A stretch of 64,000 nt of DNA from Acidimicrobiia bacterium. GTDB taxonomy: Bacteria; Actinomycetota; Acidimicrobiia; Spongiisociales; UBA5794. Within the stretch, counting starts at the first letter, position 1, and each line of letters opens with the position of its first letter. A program made the position numbers and the translations under genes. The DNA lies in contig JAWKJB010000003.1 in assembly GCA_041393965.1 (NCBI GenBank), positions 192,488 to 256,487 on the forward strand, written 5' to 3'. Positions 31,378 through 42,100 of the stretch are shown in pieces. A model generated the notes under the pieces. It was not told the origin of the DNA. It did not search any database and worked only from the letters and a program-made list of their open reading frames with translations.

Positions 31378-32966
31378 GAGCCGAAAGCGTACATGAACCC
31401 GTCGCGCGAACCGACGAATATCTGCCCATTCCAGATCGCGGGGGTTGCTTCGATGCATCCCCCCGTTGCGATGGTGGTCTCCCATTTCTCGACGGGGGCG
31501 CGAGGGTTCTCAAGGTCATAGGCCCGAAGGTTGCGCTGTTCAGACAGGCAGTTCGTGATGATGAGCAAAGTGTCGTCGACGACCAGTGGGGACGACCAGG
31601 CGTTCGCTCCTACATAGTCATCCCAGACGACTTCGCCCGTTTCGGTGTCGACGGCAAGGAGATCACCACTGTCGGCCGCGACGAAGATCAACCCGTCCTC
31701 GTGCAGGGCGGGTGTCGCCCACGCTCCGGTGTCCTGGCCCCTCGCCGCGGGGAGGTCGACCTTCCACACGATCGGATCCAGGTTCGAGAGCCCGTCACCG
31801 GGAATCGAGGTATCCAGCTTGACGAGCTGCCCAACTTCTCGCACGCGTCGAGCGGCGGTGTTGTTCCTCTTCTCGTGGTCTGCATGCGCCACGACATAGA
31901 TGAACCCTTCGCGGTCGATCACAATCGTCGAATCGACATCGTCCCCCATCCAGAAGTCGAAGAAGACATCGGCATTGCCGTTTTCGATGTCAGAAAGGTC
32001 CACGCCCACAACGCGACCTGCGCTTGTGGCGTAATAGGCCTTCTGGCCAAACACCGCGGTGGAGTTCTCGACGGATTGTTGGCGGCCGAGGAGGTCGTAC
32101 AGTTCGTCGGTCCAAGCCGGCATCTGGAAGACGACCTCGGGGGCGACGGTCACCGTGCCGTCGTCGGCGTAGCCGCGGTTGAGCTTGATCGCGAACCACC
32201 AGGAGTTCTCGCCCCCCTGGTACAGCATGTCGTCGACAATGACCGGATTTGAGTCCCAGTCGTCGTTCCACATCCCCTCGACGGATCGAGCATGGAGGGA
32301 CCACACTTCCCTCACCTCGTCGCCGTCGAGGGCAAGGATGCGGAATCGGGGATCGCGCGATCCCGTGTACAGGAGCGGATAGCCGTCGGGGTCCAGTGTG
32401 GGGGTTCCTTTGATGATGTCCCCCATGTCGTAATCGGGGCGGAGCCGCGTCCCTGTTGCGGCATCCACGAAGTGAATCTTCTTGTCGTATGCACCGAAGA
32501 TGACTTCTGTGGTTCCATCCTCGAGTTCGTGGACGAGTGGCTGTCCGGTCCAGCCGGTGCCCGACCACCACTTCTCCTCCTTCCCGACCGGCGACAGCCC
32601 GGACATGGGTTCGTCCGGGAACCGCCACTGCTGCTTCGGCGGCGTATCGGGAATCGGGCCCGTACCGTAGAAGGTCCGGGTCGGGTTCCCCCTGAACATC
32701 GTCAGGCCGACCACCGAGCCCCACGGTTCGAACACCGTGTCGGGGGTCACCACGCCCGGCGGACGAGGCGGCAGGGTCGTCGTGGTCGTTGGTGCAGGTT
32801 CGGTGGGGGTGGTGGTTCCCGAGGGATCCGAAGGGGAGGTCGTGTCCGCCGGTGGGAGGGTGGTGACCGTGATCGACGGCTCGGCCGCCACGATGTTGTC
32901 TACACCGGCCACGCATCCTGACGCGAGCACCGCGAACGACACAACAAGAAGAGAGAGGATGCGCAT
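31374..32966 (-). CDS. PQQ-like beta-propeller repeat lipoprotein with Pro/Thr-rich linker
   Basis: start reset to MRILSLLVVSFAVLASGC (lipobox) at 32966; PT-rich linker; repeated …W…G-type propeller blades; the 113-aa upstream extension of the ORF is rejected. Confidence 0.6.
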   Translation of the reverse strand: MRILSLLVVSFAVLASGCVAGVDNIVAAEPSITVTTLPPADTTSPSDPSGTTTPTEPAPTTTTTLPPRPPGVVTPDTVFEPWGSVVGLTMFRGNPTRTFYGTGPIPDTPPKQQWRFPDEPMSGLSPVGKEEKWWSGTGWTGQPLVHELEDGTTEVIFGAYDKKIHFVDAATGTRLRPDYDMGDIIKGTPTLDPDGYPLLYTGSRDPRFRILALDGDEVREVWSLHARSVEGMWNDDWDSNPVIVDDMLYQGGENSWWFAIKLNRGYADDGTVTVAPEVVFQMPAWTDELYDLLGRQQSVENSTAVFGQKAYYATSAGRVVGVDLSDIENGNADVFFDFWMGDDVDSTIVIDREGFIYVVAHADHEKRNNTAARRVREVGQLVKLDTSIPGDGLSNLDPIVWKVDLPAARGQDTGAWATPALHEDGLIFVAADSGDLLAVDTETGEVVWDDYVGANAWSSPLVVDDTLLIITNCLSEQRNLRAYDLENPRAPVEKWETTIATGGCIEATPAIWNGQIFVGSRDGFMYAFGS

Positions 32967-33002
32967 CGCGCGCGAGTGTAGAGACGGACCCCCAGTAGTC
33001 CG

Positions 33003-33893
33003 ATGACCTCGCAGCGTACGGGCCGTAGGCTGCCGGGCATGCAAGGAATCGTGGACGGAATCGTCCCGTTCGTGAAACGGTGGGTTCGGGATTGGACGGT
33101 GCTTTCGCGCCGTGGAGACCCGTTGCTCATGGGCGCCGCCATTGCGTTCAACTCCTTGTTCGCTCTGGTGCCGCTCGCGATCGCGTTCGTGGCGATCGTG
33201 ACCCTGTTCGAACGATCCAAGGTCTTCTTCGAGGACCTCGTCGAGTTCCTCGAAAGCACCCTTCCGCCCGATGTTGCCGTGTTCTTGGGCAACATCCTCG
33301 CCCAATCCCTCGAGATCGTCAGCGGCAAGCGGTCCGTGATCCTCGCGGTGTCGATTCTCGTTGCGTTGTGGTCGGGTTCGCGCGCCGTGTATGCGATCCA
33401 GAAGTCGCTTCGACTCGTCCAGGGAACCGTCGACGAGCGCGGGTATGTGAGGATCCGGGCGACCGGAATCGTCGTGACGGTTGCTGGCGGGGTCGCGGTG
33501 ATGGCCGCATACCTCGTCATGCTCATCGGTGGGGGGGTGTGGCGCACCGTTTCGGACTGGCTCGGCTTGCCGGGCATCGGTATCACCCAGGCACTCGCGA
33601 TCGCCCTTGCGCTCGCGTGGGTGTATCTCCTGCTGTGGGTGATCTACCGCTACGGGCCGCCGGAACCGGTGTCGTTCGCGTGGTTGACTGCGGCGATCGT
33701 CACAGCAGTCCTCGGCTTGGGAACAATGATCGCCGTGAACCTGCTTCCCAATGTCTCCTCACAGGCAGTTGCCGTGTTCGGATCGGTCGGCCTCGCCCTG
33801 CTGTGGCTCTACTACATCGGTGTCGTGGTCGTCGCTGCCCCCATCGGGATCCTCAGTTTTCTCTCCGCGTGGGAGGACTCAAGCCAGCGGTAG
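33003..33893 (+). CDS. YihY/BrkB family inner-membrane protein
   Basis: YihY signature region (…GAAIAFNSLFALVPL…), six TM helices; alternative start 33039. Confidence 0.75.
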   Translation: MTSQRTGRRLPGMQGIVDGIVPFVKRWVRDWTVLSRRGDPLLMGAAIAFNSLFALVPLAIAFVAIVTLFERSKVFFEDLVEFLESTLPPDVAVFLGNILAQSLEIVSGKRSVILAVSILVALWSGSRAVYAIQKSLRLVQGTVDERGYVRIRATGIVVTVAGGVAVMAAYLVMLIGGGVWRTVSDWLGLPGIGITQALAIALALAWVYLLLWVIYRYGPPEPVSFAWLTAAIVTAVLGLGTMIAVNLLPNVSSQAVAVFGSVGLALLWLYYIGVVVVAAPIGILSFLSAWEDSSQR

Positions 33894-33899
33894 CCTCGC

Positions 33900-35663
33900 G
33901 TGGTGGCTTCGGAACCCTCACGACTCGCTGAACTCACCGACGGATTCCGGTTGCTTCGGTCGACCCTGTACCGGTACCGGTTCGTCGCGTCGGTTTCGAT
34001 CTCGGGAGCCGTCCTGTGGATGGCAGCCGTCGTCGCGATCCCGTACTTCGTCGGCGAGATCGTCGATGTGGCGACAACCGAGAGCGACCCGTCACGGATC
34101 TGGCCGCTGATCGCTGCGCTCATCGTTGCCGGCGCCATCCAGGCGATCGGCATCTCGGTCAGGCGATACTTCGGCTTCAAGCTCTCATACCGCGCCGAGG
34201 CGGATCTTCGTAACCGCATCTTCAGCCATGTGCAGCGCCTCGCATTCAGCTTCCACGATGTGACATCGACCGGCGAGCTGATGGCGCGGGCCAGCTCGGA
34301 TCTGAGCCAGCTTCGCTTGATCCTCGCCATGTTGCCGATCACCCTCGCGAACCTCGCGATGTTCCTCGTCGTGGGCGTCGTCCTGCTCATCATCGATCCG
34401 GTTCTTGGTGGTGTGGCGGCGCTGATCATCCCGGCCCTCCTGTACACATCGGCGCGTTTCGCGATCCGTGTCGTTGGCTACTCGTTCGACATCCAGGCAG
34501 GGTTGTCGAGCCTCTCGCATGTGGTGGAGGAGTCCGTGACCGGCATCGAGGTCGTGAAGAGCTACGGCCAGGAAGCCCAGCAGCGTCATCGGCTCAACGC
34601 CACCGCGATGACGATCTATCGGGCTGCCATGGCTCTTGCAAAAGAGCGCGCGATCCATCGTCCGCTGTTCGAGATCATCCCAGCACTCGGAACCGTTGCG
34701 GTTCTCGCGGTTGGAGGGATCAGGGTGATCGACGGCGCCATCACGCTCGGTGAGTTCGTGGCGTTCACCCAGTACCTCGCGGTGATGGTCCTGCCGCTGA
34801 TGATCACCGGGTGGTTCTTCGCCAACCTGCCGAGATCTGCGGCTGCCGCAACCCGCATCGATGCCCTCCTCGCCGAGGATCCCGAGATCGAAGAGCCGGT
34901 ACGGCCCGTGCGTCTTCCGGTCGGCCCCGGAGAGGTCGTCTTCGACGATGTCCAGTTCGCCTATCCCGACGGTACCCAGGTGCTCACCGGGATGAATCTG
35001 GTGATCCCTGGGGGATCCTCCGTCGGTGTCGTCGGGACCACCGGGAGCGGCAAAACGACCCTCGGGCACCTGATCCCGCGCTTCTACGATGTTGGATCCG
35101 GCACGATCACCATCGACGGGGTCGATGTCCGACGGCTCGATCTCGATGAGTTGCGCAACGAGGTGGCGGTGGTCTTCCAGGAGACCTTCCTGTTCTCGGC
35201 ATCGATCGCCGACAACATCCGCGTCGGTGATCCGATGGCGACCGACAAGCAGATCAGGGCCGCAGCCCGGCTCGCGCGGGCACACGAGTTCATCTGCGAA
35301 CTCCCGGACGGGTATGACACGGTTGTCGGGGAGCGTGGCGCCACCCTCTCGGGAGGGCAGCGGCAGCGTGTGAGCCTTGCTCGGGGCGTCGTGCGTGACC
35401 CGCGGGTGCTGATCCTCGACGATGCCACATCGTCCGTTGACGCCGTCGTCGAGTCCGAGATCCAAGCGGCCCTCCGTCAGGTCATGGCTGGCCGCACGAC
35501 GGTGATCATCGCCCACCGGACCTCCACGCTTGCGCTCGTCGACAATGTCGCGTTCATCGACGACGGAAAGATCCTCGCATTCGGTCCCCACGAGGAGCTG
35601 CTTCGCGATGTCCCGAGGTATGGCGAGGTGCTCGCCGCGACCGCCGGCGGTGCCTTCGCATGA
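33900..35663 (+). CDS. ABC transporter permease/ATP-binding protein (type I exporter half-transporter)
   Basis: 6-TM domain + NBD (Walker A GTTGSGKTT, signature LSGGQRQR, Walker B ILILDDATS). Confidence 0.9.
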   Translation: MVASEPSRLAELTDGFRLLRSTLYRYRFVASVSISGAVLWMAAVVAIPYFVGEIVDVATTESDPSRIWPLIAALIVAGAIQAIGISVRRYFGFKLSYRAEADLRNRIFSHVQRLAFSFHDVTSTGELMARASSDLSQLRLILAMLPITLANLAMFLVVGVVLLIIDPVLGGVAALIIPALLYTSARFAIRVVGYSFDIQAGLSSLSHVVEESVTGIEVVKSYGQEAQQRHRLNATAMTIYRAAMALAKERAIHRPLFEIIPALGTVAVLAVGGIRVIDGAITLGEFVAFTQYLAVMVLPLMITGWFFANLPRSAAAATRIDALLAEDPEIEEPVRPVRLPVGPGEVVFDDVQFAYPDGTQVLTGMNLVIPGGSSVGVVGTTGSGKTTLGHLIPRFYDVGSGTITIDGVDVRRLDLDELRNEVAVVFQETFLFSASIADNIRVGDPMATDKQIRAAARLARAHEFICELPDGYDTVVGERGATLSGGQRQRVSLARGVVRDPRVLILDDATSSVDAVVESEIQAALRQVMAGRTTVIIAHRTSTLALVDNVAFIDDGKILAFGPHEELLRDVPRYGEVLAATAGGAFA

Positions 35664-37435
35664 AGTACATGGCCGAGGCAGGGAACCGCGGCATTGAGCG
35701 CCCCGGTGCGTTGATCGTGCGTGCGGCCCGTATCGCCCCCGATCTGCTGTGGCCTTTTGCCGGAGCGCTCGGCATCGCGATCGTCGCAACGGTTGTGCGT
35801 CTGCTGGGTCCCCTGTTCGTCCGCGGCGGCATCGATGCGGGCATCGAGGCTGGCGACAAGGCCGCCGTTCTATTCGCCGCGGGCCTGTGGGTGGGCACCC
35901 TTGTGCTCCAGTATTTCGCAAACGGGATCGCCCAATGGGCGATTTCGTATGTCGGTGAACGGTATCTCGTTCGACTCCGAAATGTGGTGTTTGGGCGGCT
36001 CCTGAGCCTCGACATGGGGTTCTTCTCACGAACCAAGAGTGGCGTTCTCGTTTCCCGCATGACATCGGACATCGAGTCCCTCCAGGAATTCGCATCCGAC
36101 GCATCGGTGATGGCGCTCACCAACTTCCTCACGGTCGTCGGTGTGGCGATCGCGCTGGTTCTCGTCGACTGGCAGATGGCGGCTGCCGTGTTCGGAGTCG
36201 TGATCGTCCTGCTCATCGCCTCGGTCGTCTTCCAGCGTCAGGCTCGGCGTGCGTATGACCTCATCCGCGAGCGAATCGGCCTTGTGCTGTCAACCCTCCA
36301 AGAGGGCATCACCGGCGTGCGAGTCGTGCAGGCGTTCACCCAGGAGGGTCTCCAGGCATCGGAGTTCGGCCGGGTCAACGAGCGACACTTCGACGCGAAC
36401 ATGGCAGCGGCCCGCGCCATCGCGTGGTACTTCCCGCTTGTTGCCTTCTTACGCGTCGTCGCCATGGGTGCTGCTCTGTCCATCGGTGCGGTGCGGGTGA
36501 TCGACGGGTCGATGTCGGTGGGTACCCTCGTCGCCTTCACGCTGTATCTCGACTGGTTCTTCCAGCCGATCATCAACCTGTCGAATGTCTACAACCTCCT
36601 CCAGTCGGCCCTTGCCGCGCTCGCGAAGCTGTTCACGCTTGTCGACGAGACCGTCGTGATCTCCGACCGCGAAGGCGCCTACGACCTTCCGGAGCCGATC
36701 CAAGGTGCGATCGAGGTCGATGAGGTCGACTTCGAGTACCTCGACGGAGTGCCGACGCTGCGGGGTGTCTCGATGTCGATTGCGCCGGGGGAGCGCATTG
36801 CCATCGTCGGTGAGACCGGATCCGGGAAGTCGACGATCGCGAAACTGATGATGCGGTTCTACGACCCGAGTGCCGGTCACATCGCCGTTGACGGTCACGA
36901 CCTGGCACATGTCACAAGGGACTCACGAGTCGGGGCGATGGCGCTGATACCTCAAGATGGGTTCCTCTTTGCGGGGACGCTCAGGGAGAACCTCGTATAC
37001 GCAACCCCTGAGGCGACCGACGAGGAGGTGTGGAGGGTTCTCACGACCATGGGCATCGACGACTGGGTCACCTCGCTTCCGGACGGACTCGACACGGAGG
37101 TCCGAGAGCGAGGCGCGCGTTTCTCCGCGGGGGAGCGCCAACTCGTCGCGCTCGCGAGGGCGTTCCTCGCCGATCCGGAGATCATCGTATTGGATGAGGC
37201 AACATCGAACCTCGATCCCGAGACGGAGGTCAAGGTCGACTCGGCCCTCCATGCACTCCTTGAGGGTCGAACCTCGGTCGTGATCGCCCACCGGCTCCGA
37301 TCGGCAGAGCGTGCAGATCGCGTCGTGCTGGTCGCCGACGGGGAGGTCATCGCGAAGGGCACACACGACGAGCTCGCGCGGTCGTCGGTCGAGTACAAGG
37401 AGCTGGTGGATGTCTGGAAGGTCGGGCTCGCGTAG
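35660..37435 (+). CDS. ABC transporter permease/ATP-binding protein (second half-transporter; probable heterodimer partner)
   Basis: 4-nt overlap with previous gene; Walker A GETGSGKST, signature FSAGERQL, Walker B IIVLDEATS. Confidence 0.9.
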   Translation: MKYMAEAGNRGIERPGALIVRAARIAPDLLWPFAGALGIAIVATVVRLLGPLFVRGGIDAGIEAGDKAAVLFAAGLWVGTLVLQYFANGIAQWAISYVGERYLVRLRNVVFGRLLSLDMGFFSRTKSGVLVSRMTSDIESLQEFASDASVMALTNFLTVVGVAIALVLVDWQMAAAVFGVVIVLLIASVVFQRQARRAYDLIRERIGLVLSTLQEGITGVRVVQAFTQEGLQASEFGRVNERHFDANMAAARAIAWYFPLVAFLRVVAMGAALSIGAVRVIDGSMSVGTLVAFTLYLDWFFQPIINLSNVYNLLQSALAALAKLFTLVDETVVISDREGAYDLPEPIQGAIEVDEVDFEYLDGVPTLRGVSMSIAPGERIAIVGETGSGKSTIAKLMMRFYDPSAGHIAVDGHDLAHVTRDSRVGAMALIPQDGFLFAGTLRENLVYATPEATDEEVWRVLTTMGIDDWVTSLPDGLDTEVRERGARFSAGERQLVALARAFLADPEIIVLDEATSNLDPETEVKVDSALHALLEGRTSVVIAHRLRSAERADRVVLVADGEVIAKGTHDELARSSVEYKELVDVWKVGLA

Positions 37436-37436
37436 G

Positions 37437-38090
37437 ATGCAGTCCGTGCCGACCGACCGTTCACGCGTCCGCCGCCTCCCGGAGCGGGGTGCCTATGACC
37501 TCGACACGATCGAGGCGATCATCGATGCGGCTGCGATCTGTCATGTCGGGTTCGAGACCGACGACGGAGCGATCGTGATCCCAACGATCCACGCAAGGGT
37601 CGGAAAAACGCTGTACCTGCACGGATCACCGGCGTCGCGGATGCTCAGGGCGATACCGGGTCAGCAGGTGTGTGTGACGATCACGATCGTCGACGGCATC
37701 GTGGTTGCCCGATCGGCGTTCCACCACTCGATGAACTACCGGTCCGTGATGATCTTCGGGGTGCCGAGAGTGGTGGACGACCCGACCGAGCGGATCATCG
37801 CCCTCGAAGCCGTGACCGAACATGTCCTGCCTGGCCGGTGGGCAGAAGCAAGGCGTCCCAACGACGCCGAGAACCGAGCGACGAAGCTGCTTGCAATCGA
37901 CATCGGTGAGGCATCCGCCAAGATCCGGACGGGCCCCCCCGGTGACGACGCCGAGGACATGGACCTCGACATCTGGGCAGGGGTCATTCCGTTGACCGTG
38001 GTGCCAGGTACACCGGTTGCTGCCCCCGATCTCAAACGCGGCGTGGCGATCCCCCCGTCCGTTGAGCGTTACGGCTCAGCGCGCACCTGA
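37437..38090 (+). CDS. pyridoxamine 5'-phosphate oxidase-like FMN/F420-binding split-barrel protein
   Basis: ATG 37437, 2 nt after the ABC stop; PNPOx-like fold signatures (…HVGFETDDGAIVIPT…LYLHGS…). Confidence 0.65.
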   Translation: MQSVPTDRSRVRRLPERGAYDLDTIEAIIDAAAICHVGFETDDGAIVIPTIHARVGKTLYLHGSPASRMLRAIPGQQVCVTITIVDGIVVARSAFHHSMNYRSVMIFGVPRVVDDPTERIIALEAVTEHVLPGRWAEARRPNDAENRATKLLAIDIGEASAKIRTGPPGDDAEDMDLDIWAGVIPLTVVPGTPVAAPDLKRGVAIPPSVERYGSART

Positions 38091-38882
38091 ACTGGTCGCC
38101 GTGTTGATGTCATCTCGCCATGCGAGCCACTCCGACAAGGGCGCAAGGTCGTAGACCGGCCCGGTCAACCCTACGGTGAATTCGGTTGCGCCCGCGGCGT
38201 GGAGGGCGTCGGCGGTCCTGATCTTGGTCGGGCCAACCCCGATCGATCGGCGGATCTCGGATGGATCCCTTCCAATGGCCTCGCAGTGGCCGTCGAGCAC
38301 GCCGGTCTTGTGGCTGAAGATCGCAACATCACCGAAGCTGTGCCAGATGTCTGCGTGCTCGGCAACGATGCGGAGCGTGACCTTCTCGCCACCGCCTCCG
38401 ATGAGGATGGGCATCGGCCCGACGGCTGGCGGATCGAGCGCGGCCAGGCGCTTCTTGATGAGCGGCATTGCCCCGGCAAGGTCACGGAGCCGGGTCCTTG
38501 CGGTGCCGAATTCGTACCCGTACTCGTCGTAGTCCTTCTCGAACCATCCAGCGCCGATCCCGAGGATCAGCCGACCACCCGACATGACATCGACCGTCCG
38601 GGCCATGTCGGCGAGCAGCTGGGGATTCCGGTAGGAGTTGCAGGTCACGAGCGCGCCGATGCTGATCCGCTCGGTCGCCTCTGCCCACGCTCCGAGCATC
38701 GTCCAGCACTCGAAGTGCTTTCCGACATTCGGGTCAGGGATACCCCCGTGGAGCGGGAAGAAGTGGTCCCAGTTGTAGATCACATCCACACCCATGGCTT
38801 CGATTGCCGCAACGGCGCGGCGGATCTCGGCGTACTCGGCGTGCTGCGGTTGGAGCTGAACGGCGACGCGAACACGGTGCAT
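38076..38882 (-). CDS. LLM class (luciferase-like) flavin/F420-dependent oxidoreductase
   Basis: LLM TIM-barrel motifs (…YNWDHFFPL…; GIGAGW). Confidence 0.8.
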   Translation of the reverse strand: MHRVRVAVQLQPQHAEYAEIRRAVAAIEAMGVDVIYNWDHFFPLHGGIPDPNVGKHFECWTMLGAWAEATERISIGALVTCNSYRNPQLLADMARTVDVMSGGRLILGIGAGWFEKDYDEYGYEFGTARTRLRDLAGAMPLIKKRLAALDPPAVGPMPILIGGGGEKVTLRIVAEHADIWHSFGDVAIFSHKTGVLDGHCEAIGRDPSEIRRSIGVGPTKIRTADALHAAGATEFTVGLTGPVYDLAPLSEWLAWRDDINTATSSGAR

Positions 38883-38920
38883 TGGACTCCTCAGTTGATG
38901 CCTGTAAGAAACCTACCCCC

Positions 38921-38947
38921 ACGCGTACCCAGGGTTCGCGTTCGACG
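38921..38947 (+). repeat. intergenic repeat element copy A (ACGCGTACCCAGGGTTCGCGTTCGACG)
   Basis: read directly; 25/27 identical to the reverse complement of 39022-39048; 20-nt core identical to 45260-45279. Confidence 0.8.
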
Positions 38948-39021
38948 AAAAGGTGTTCTCCTGCCCACAGAAGCTCCCCATTCACCCAAACCCCCATTCC
39001 GTGGGCCATAAGTGACCCTTT

Positions 39022-39048
39022 CGTTGAACGGGAACCCTGGGTACGCGT
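39022..39048 (-). repeat. intergenic repeat element copy B (inverted relative to copy A; the pair spans 128 bp in the LLM/gltB divergent promoter region)
   Basis: read directly: CGTTGAACGGGAACCCTGGGTACGCGT. Confidence 0.8.
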
Positions 39049-39161
39049 GAACGGTGGATTTCGTGAATTGGATCACGAGTGATACGGTGTGCGTTCGTTT
39101 CGGGCCGGGCGCCGACCCGAGAGCTGCCCCTTGAGGTCGATGCTCGCCCGCCAAGAGAGGT

Positions 39162-42100
39162 GTGAACAGGGTGAGCCGGTTTCCGCTATATGACACGAGT
39201 CAGCACCACGATGCGTGTGGTGTTGGGTTCATCGCGGATCGGTCCGCCTCCGTGTCGCACCGCATCGTCCGTCTCGGCGTCCAATGTCTGCACAACCTCG
39301 ATCACCGGGGTGCGAGAGCAGCAGACGGGACCGGTGATGGTGCCGGGGTCATGACCCGGATTCCGCACCGCATCGTCGAGCGTGACCTCACCGCAGCAGG
39401 AATCGCCCCTCCGCCCCGGGACCGCATCGGCGTCATCGCAGGTTTCTTCCCGCGAGCACGATCGACCTCGGACGCCAAGGCGATCATCGAGGCGGTCCTC
39501 GCGGACAACGGCATCGAGACGCTGCTGTGGCGTCGTGTTCCCATCGACCGCAATGTGCTGTCCGCGACCGCTCGGCGGACGCTTCCCAAGATCCGCCAGG
39601 CCTTCGTTGCTGCATCGGACGACATCGCGGATCCCGACGCCTTCGAGCGGGCGATGTTCCTCGCGCGCAAGCAGATCGAACAACGCGACGACCTTCCCGG
39701 GTTCACGGTTTCGTCGGCGTCGGCGCGTACCGTGGTGTACAAGGGTCTGTTCACCGCCGATCTCATCGAGGACTTCTACTGGGACCTCCGGGATCCCGCG
39801 TACGAATCCGATTTTGTGATCTTTCATCAACGCTATTCGACCAACACCCAACCGGCGTGGGAACTCGCGCAACCCTTCCGGATGCTTGCCCACAATGGGG
39901 AGATCAACACGATCCAGGGCAATCGTTCCTGGATGGCCGCGCGCTCGAATGATCTCGGAACGAGCGTCTGGGGGGATCGGACACCGGATCTTGCGCCGCT
40001 GGTGCGGCCGGGCATCGGGAGCGACTCAGCGAGCCTCGACGAGGCCTTCGAGGTGCTGGTCCGCTCGGGACGGTCCCTTGCCCATGTCAAGGAGATGCTG
40101 ATACCCCAAGCATGGGAGAATGTCCCCGACCTCGATCCGTCGCTCAAGGCCTTTCACGAATACCACGCGTTCCTCACCGAGCCATGGGACGGTCCTGCCG
40201 CGATTGCTGCCTCGGACGGAACAACGCTCATCGCCGGACTCGACCGCAATGGATTGCGGCCTGCGCGTTGGGCCATCTCGCCGGACACGATCGTCGTTGC
40301 CTCCGAGGCAGGCGTTGCGCCCGAGATCGAGGTGGTTGCTCTCGAGACGGGACAGCTCGGTCCGGGGGAGATGCTCGAAGTCGACCTCGCCACGGGCACC
40401 CACACCATGTCGTTGGAACTCAAGCAGCGGCTTGCACGCCTTGCCCCATACGCCGACTGGATCACGATGCAGACCAACTATGTGAACGATCCGTTCGATG
40501 AGCTTCAAGACGAACGATTCGATCCCGACGCGCTCGCGCGGGTGTTCGGCTACACCTCCGAAGAGCGGCGGCTGCTGCTCGAGCAGATGACCGATGGCGT
40601 CGAACCGATCCTGTCGATGGGACACGACACCGGCCTTGCTGCATTGTCGCCGCATCCCCAGCGCATGCCGAGATATTTCCATCAAGCGTTCGCGCAGGTG
40701 ACCAACCCACCGATGGATCCGATCCGTGAGAAGCTCGTGATGTCGCTGCTGACCTATGTGGGGAAGCACGGTTCGCTTCTCGAAGAAACCGAGCAGCAGG
40801 CACACATGATCGAGCTCGCGTCACCGGTCCTTTCCGATGCAGAAGTCGAGGCGCTCCGATCCTCGTCCGATCCGACCTTCGCTTCAGCGTGGATCGACAT
40901 CTTGTACCGACCAGCACCGGGTGCAGCGCCCCTTGTCGACGCGATCGCAGCGGTCTGTGACAGGGCCGAGGAGGCGGTGAGGGCGGGAGCATCGATCATC
41001 ATGCTGTCTGATCGTGCTACCGACGCGGACTTGGCACCGATCCCCATCCTGATGGCGGTCGGTGCGGTCCACCATCGGCTCATCGACACCGGCCTACGGC
41101 TCAACGCATCCATCATTGCCGTGAGCGGGGAGCCACGCGATGCGCACGACCTTGCATGCCTCATCGGCTTTGGCGCCGCAGCCGTGAACCCGTATCTGGC
41201 GATCGAGCAGGTACGAAGCATGGCTGCCGACGGGATGGTCGACCACGGTGTGGTCGAGGCGCAAGAGAACTATCGGTCGAGCCTTGAGAAGGGGCTTCTC
41301 AAGATCATGTCCAAGATGGGAATCTGCACCGTGAAGTCGTACCGGAGCTCCGAGCTGTTCGAGGCAATCGGCCTCGATGACGAGGTCGTCGACCTTTGCT
41401 TCCGCAATGTGCAGCGCAGGGTCGGAGGTGTCGGCATCGAGCGGATCGCCAACGATGTGTTGGTCCGACACGCTCGCTACCGCACGGGTGACACCGAGAT
41501 CGAGGGCTACTACAAACACCGCGGCGGCGGTGTTCCACACGCTGCCGGCCCCATGAATGTCCTTGCCCTCCAGCGCGCCGTGCGCTCCGGTGATGCCGAG
41601 GCCTATGACCGCTATGTGAACCTGATCGAACACGAAACGCCCGCGATGGAGATTCGCGACCTGCTCGAGATCGGGACGCTCGGCGAACCGGTTCCGCTCG
41701 AGTCCGTGGAACCGGCGGAAGAAGTCATGCGGCGTTTCGTCACGGCAGCGATGTCGCTCGGCGCGCTGTCTGCTGAGGTCCACCAGACGCTCGCGGCGGC
41801 CATGAACCGGATCAGGGGCCGATCGAATTCGGGTGAGGGTGGCGAAGACCCCGCGAGGTACGGAACGGAGCTCAACTCGGCGATCAAGCAGGTGGCAAGC
41901 GGCCGGTTCGGTGTCACGCCGGGATACCTTGCATCTGCCGCGGAGTTCCAGATCAAGATGGCGCAGGGCTCGAAACCCGGAGAGGGCGGTCAGCTCCCCG
42001 GGCACAAGGTCACTGCCGAGATCGCTGCGCTGCGTCACACCGAACCAGGCGTGACATTGATCTCACCGCCTCCGCACCACGACATCTACTCCATCGAGGA

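Noticed and set aside
38948-39021. Possible small ORF or structured RNA in the 74-bp core between repeat copies A and B upstream of gltB
   Set aside because: No convincing ORF with start and RBS, and no obvious conserved riboswitch-like structure by eye. Left as part of the repeat finding pending covariance or RNA-seq evidence.
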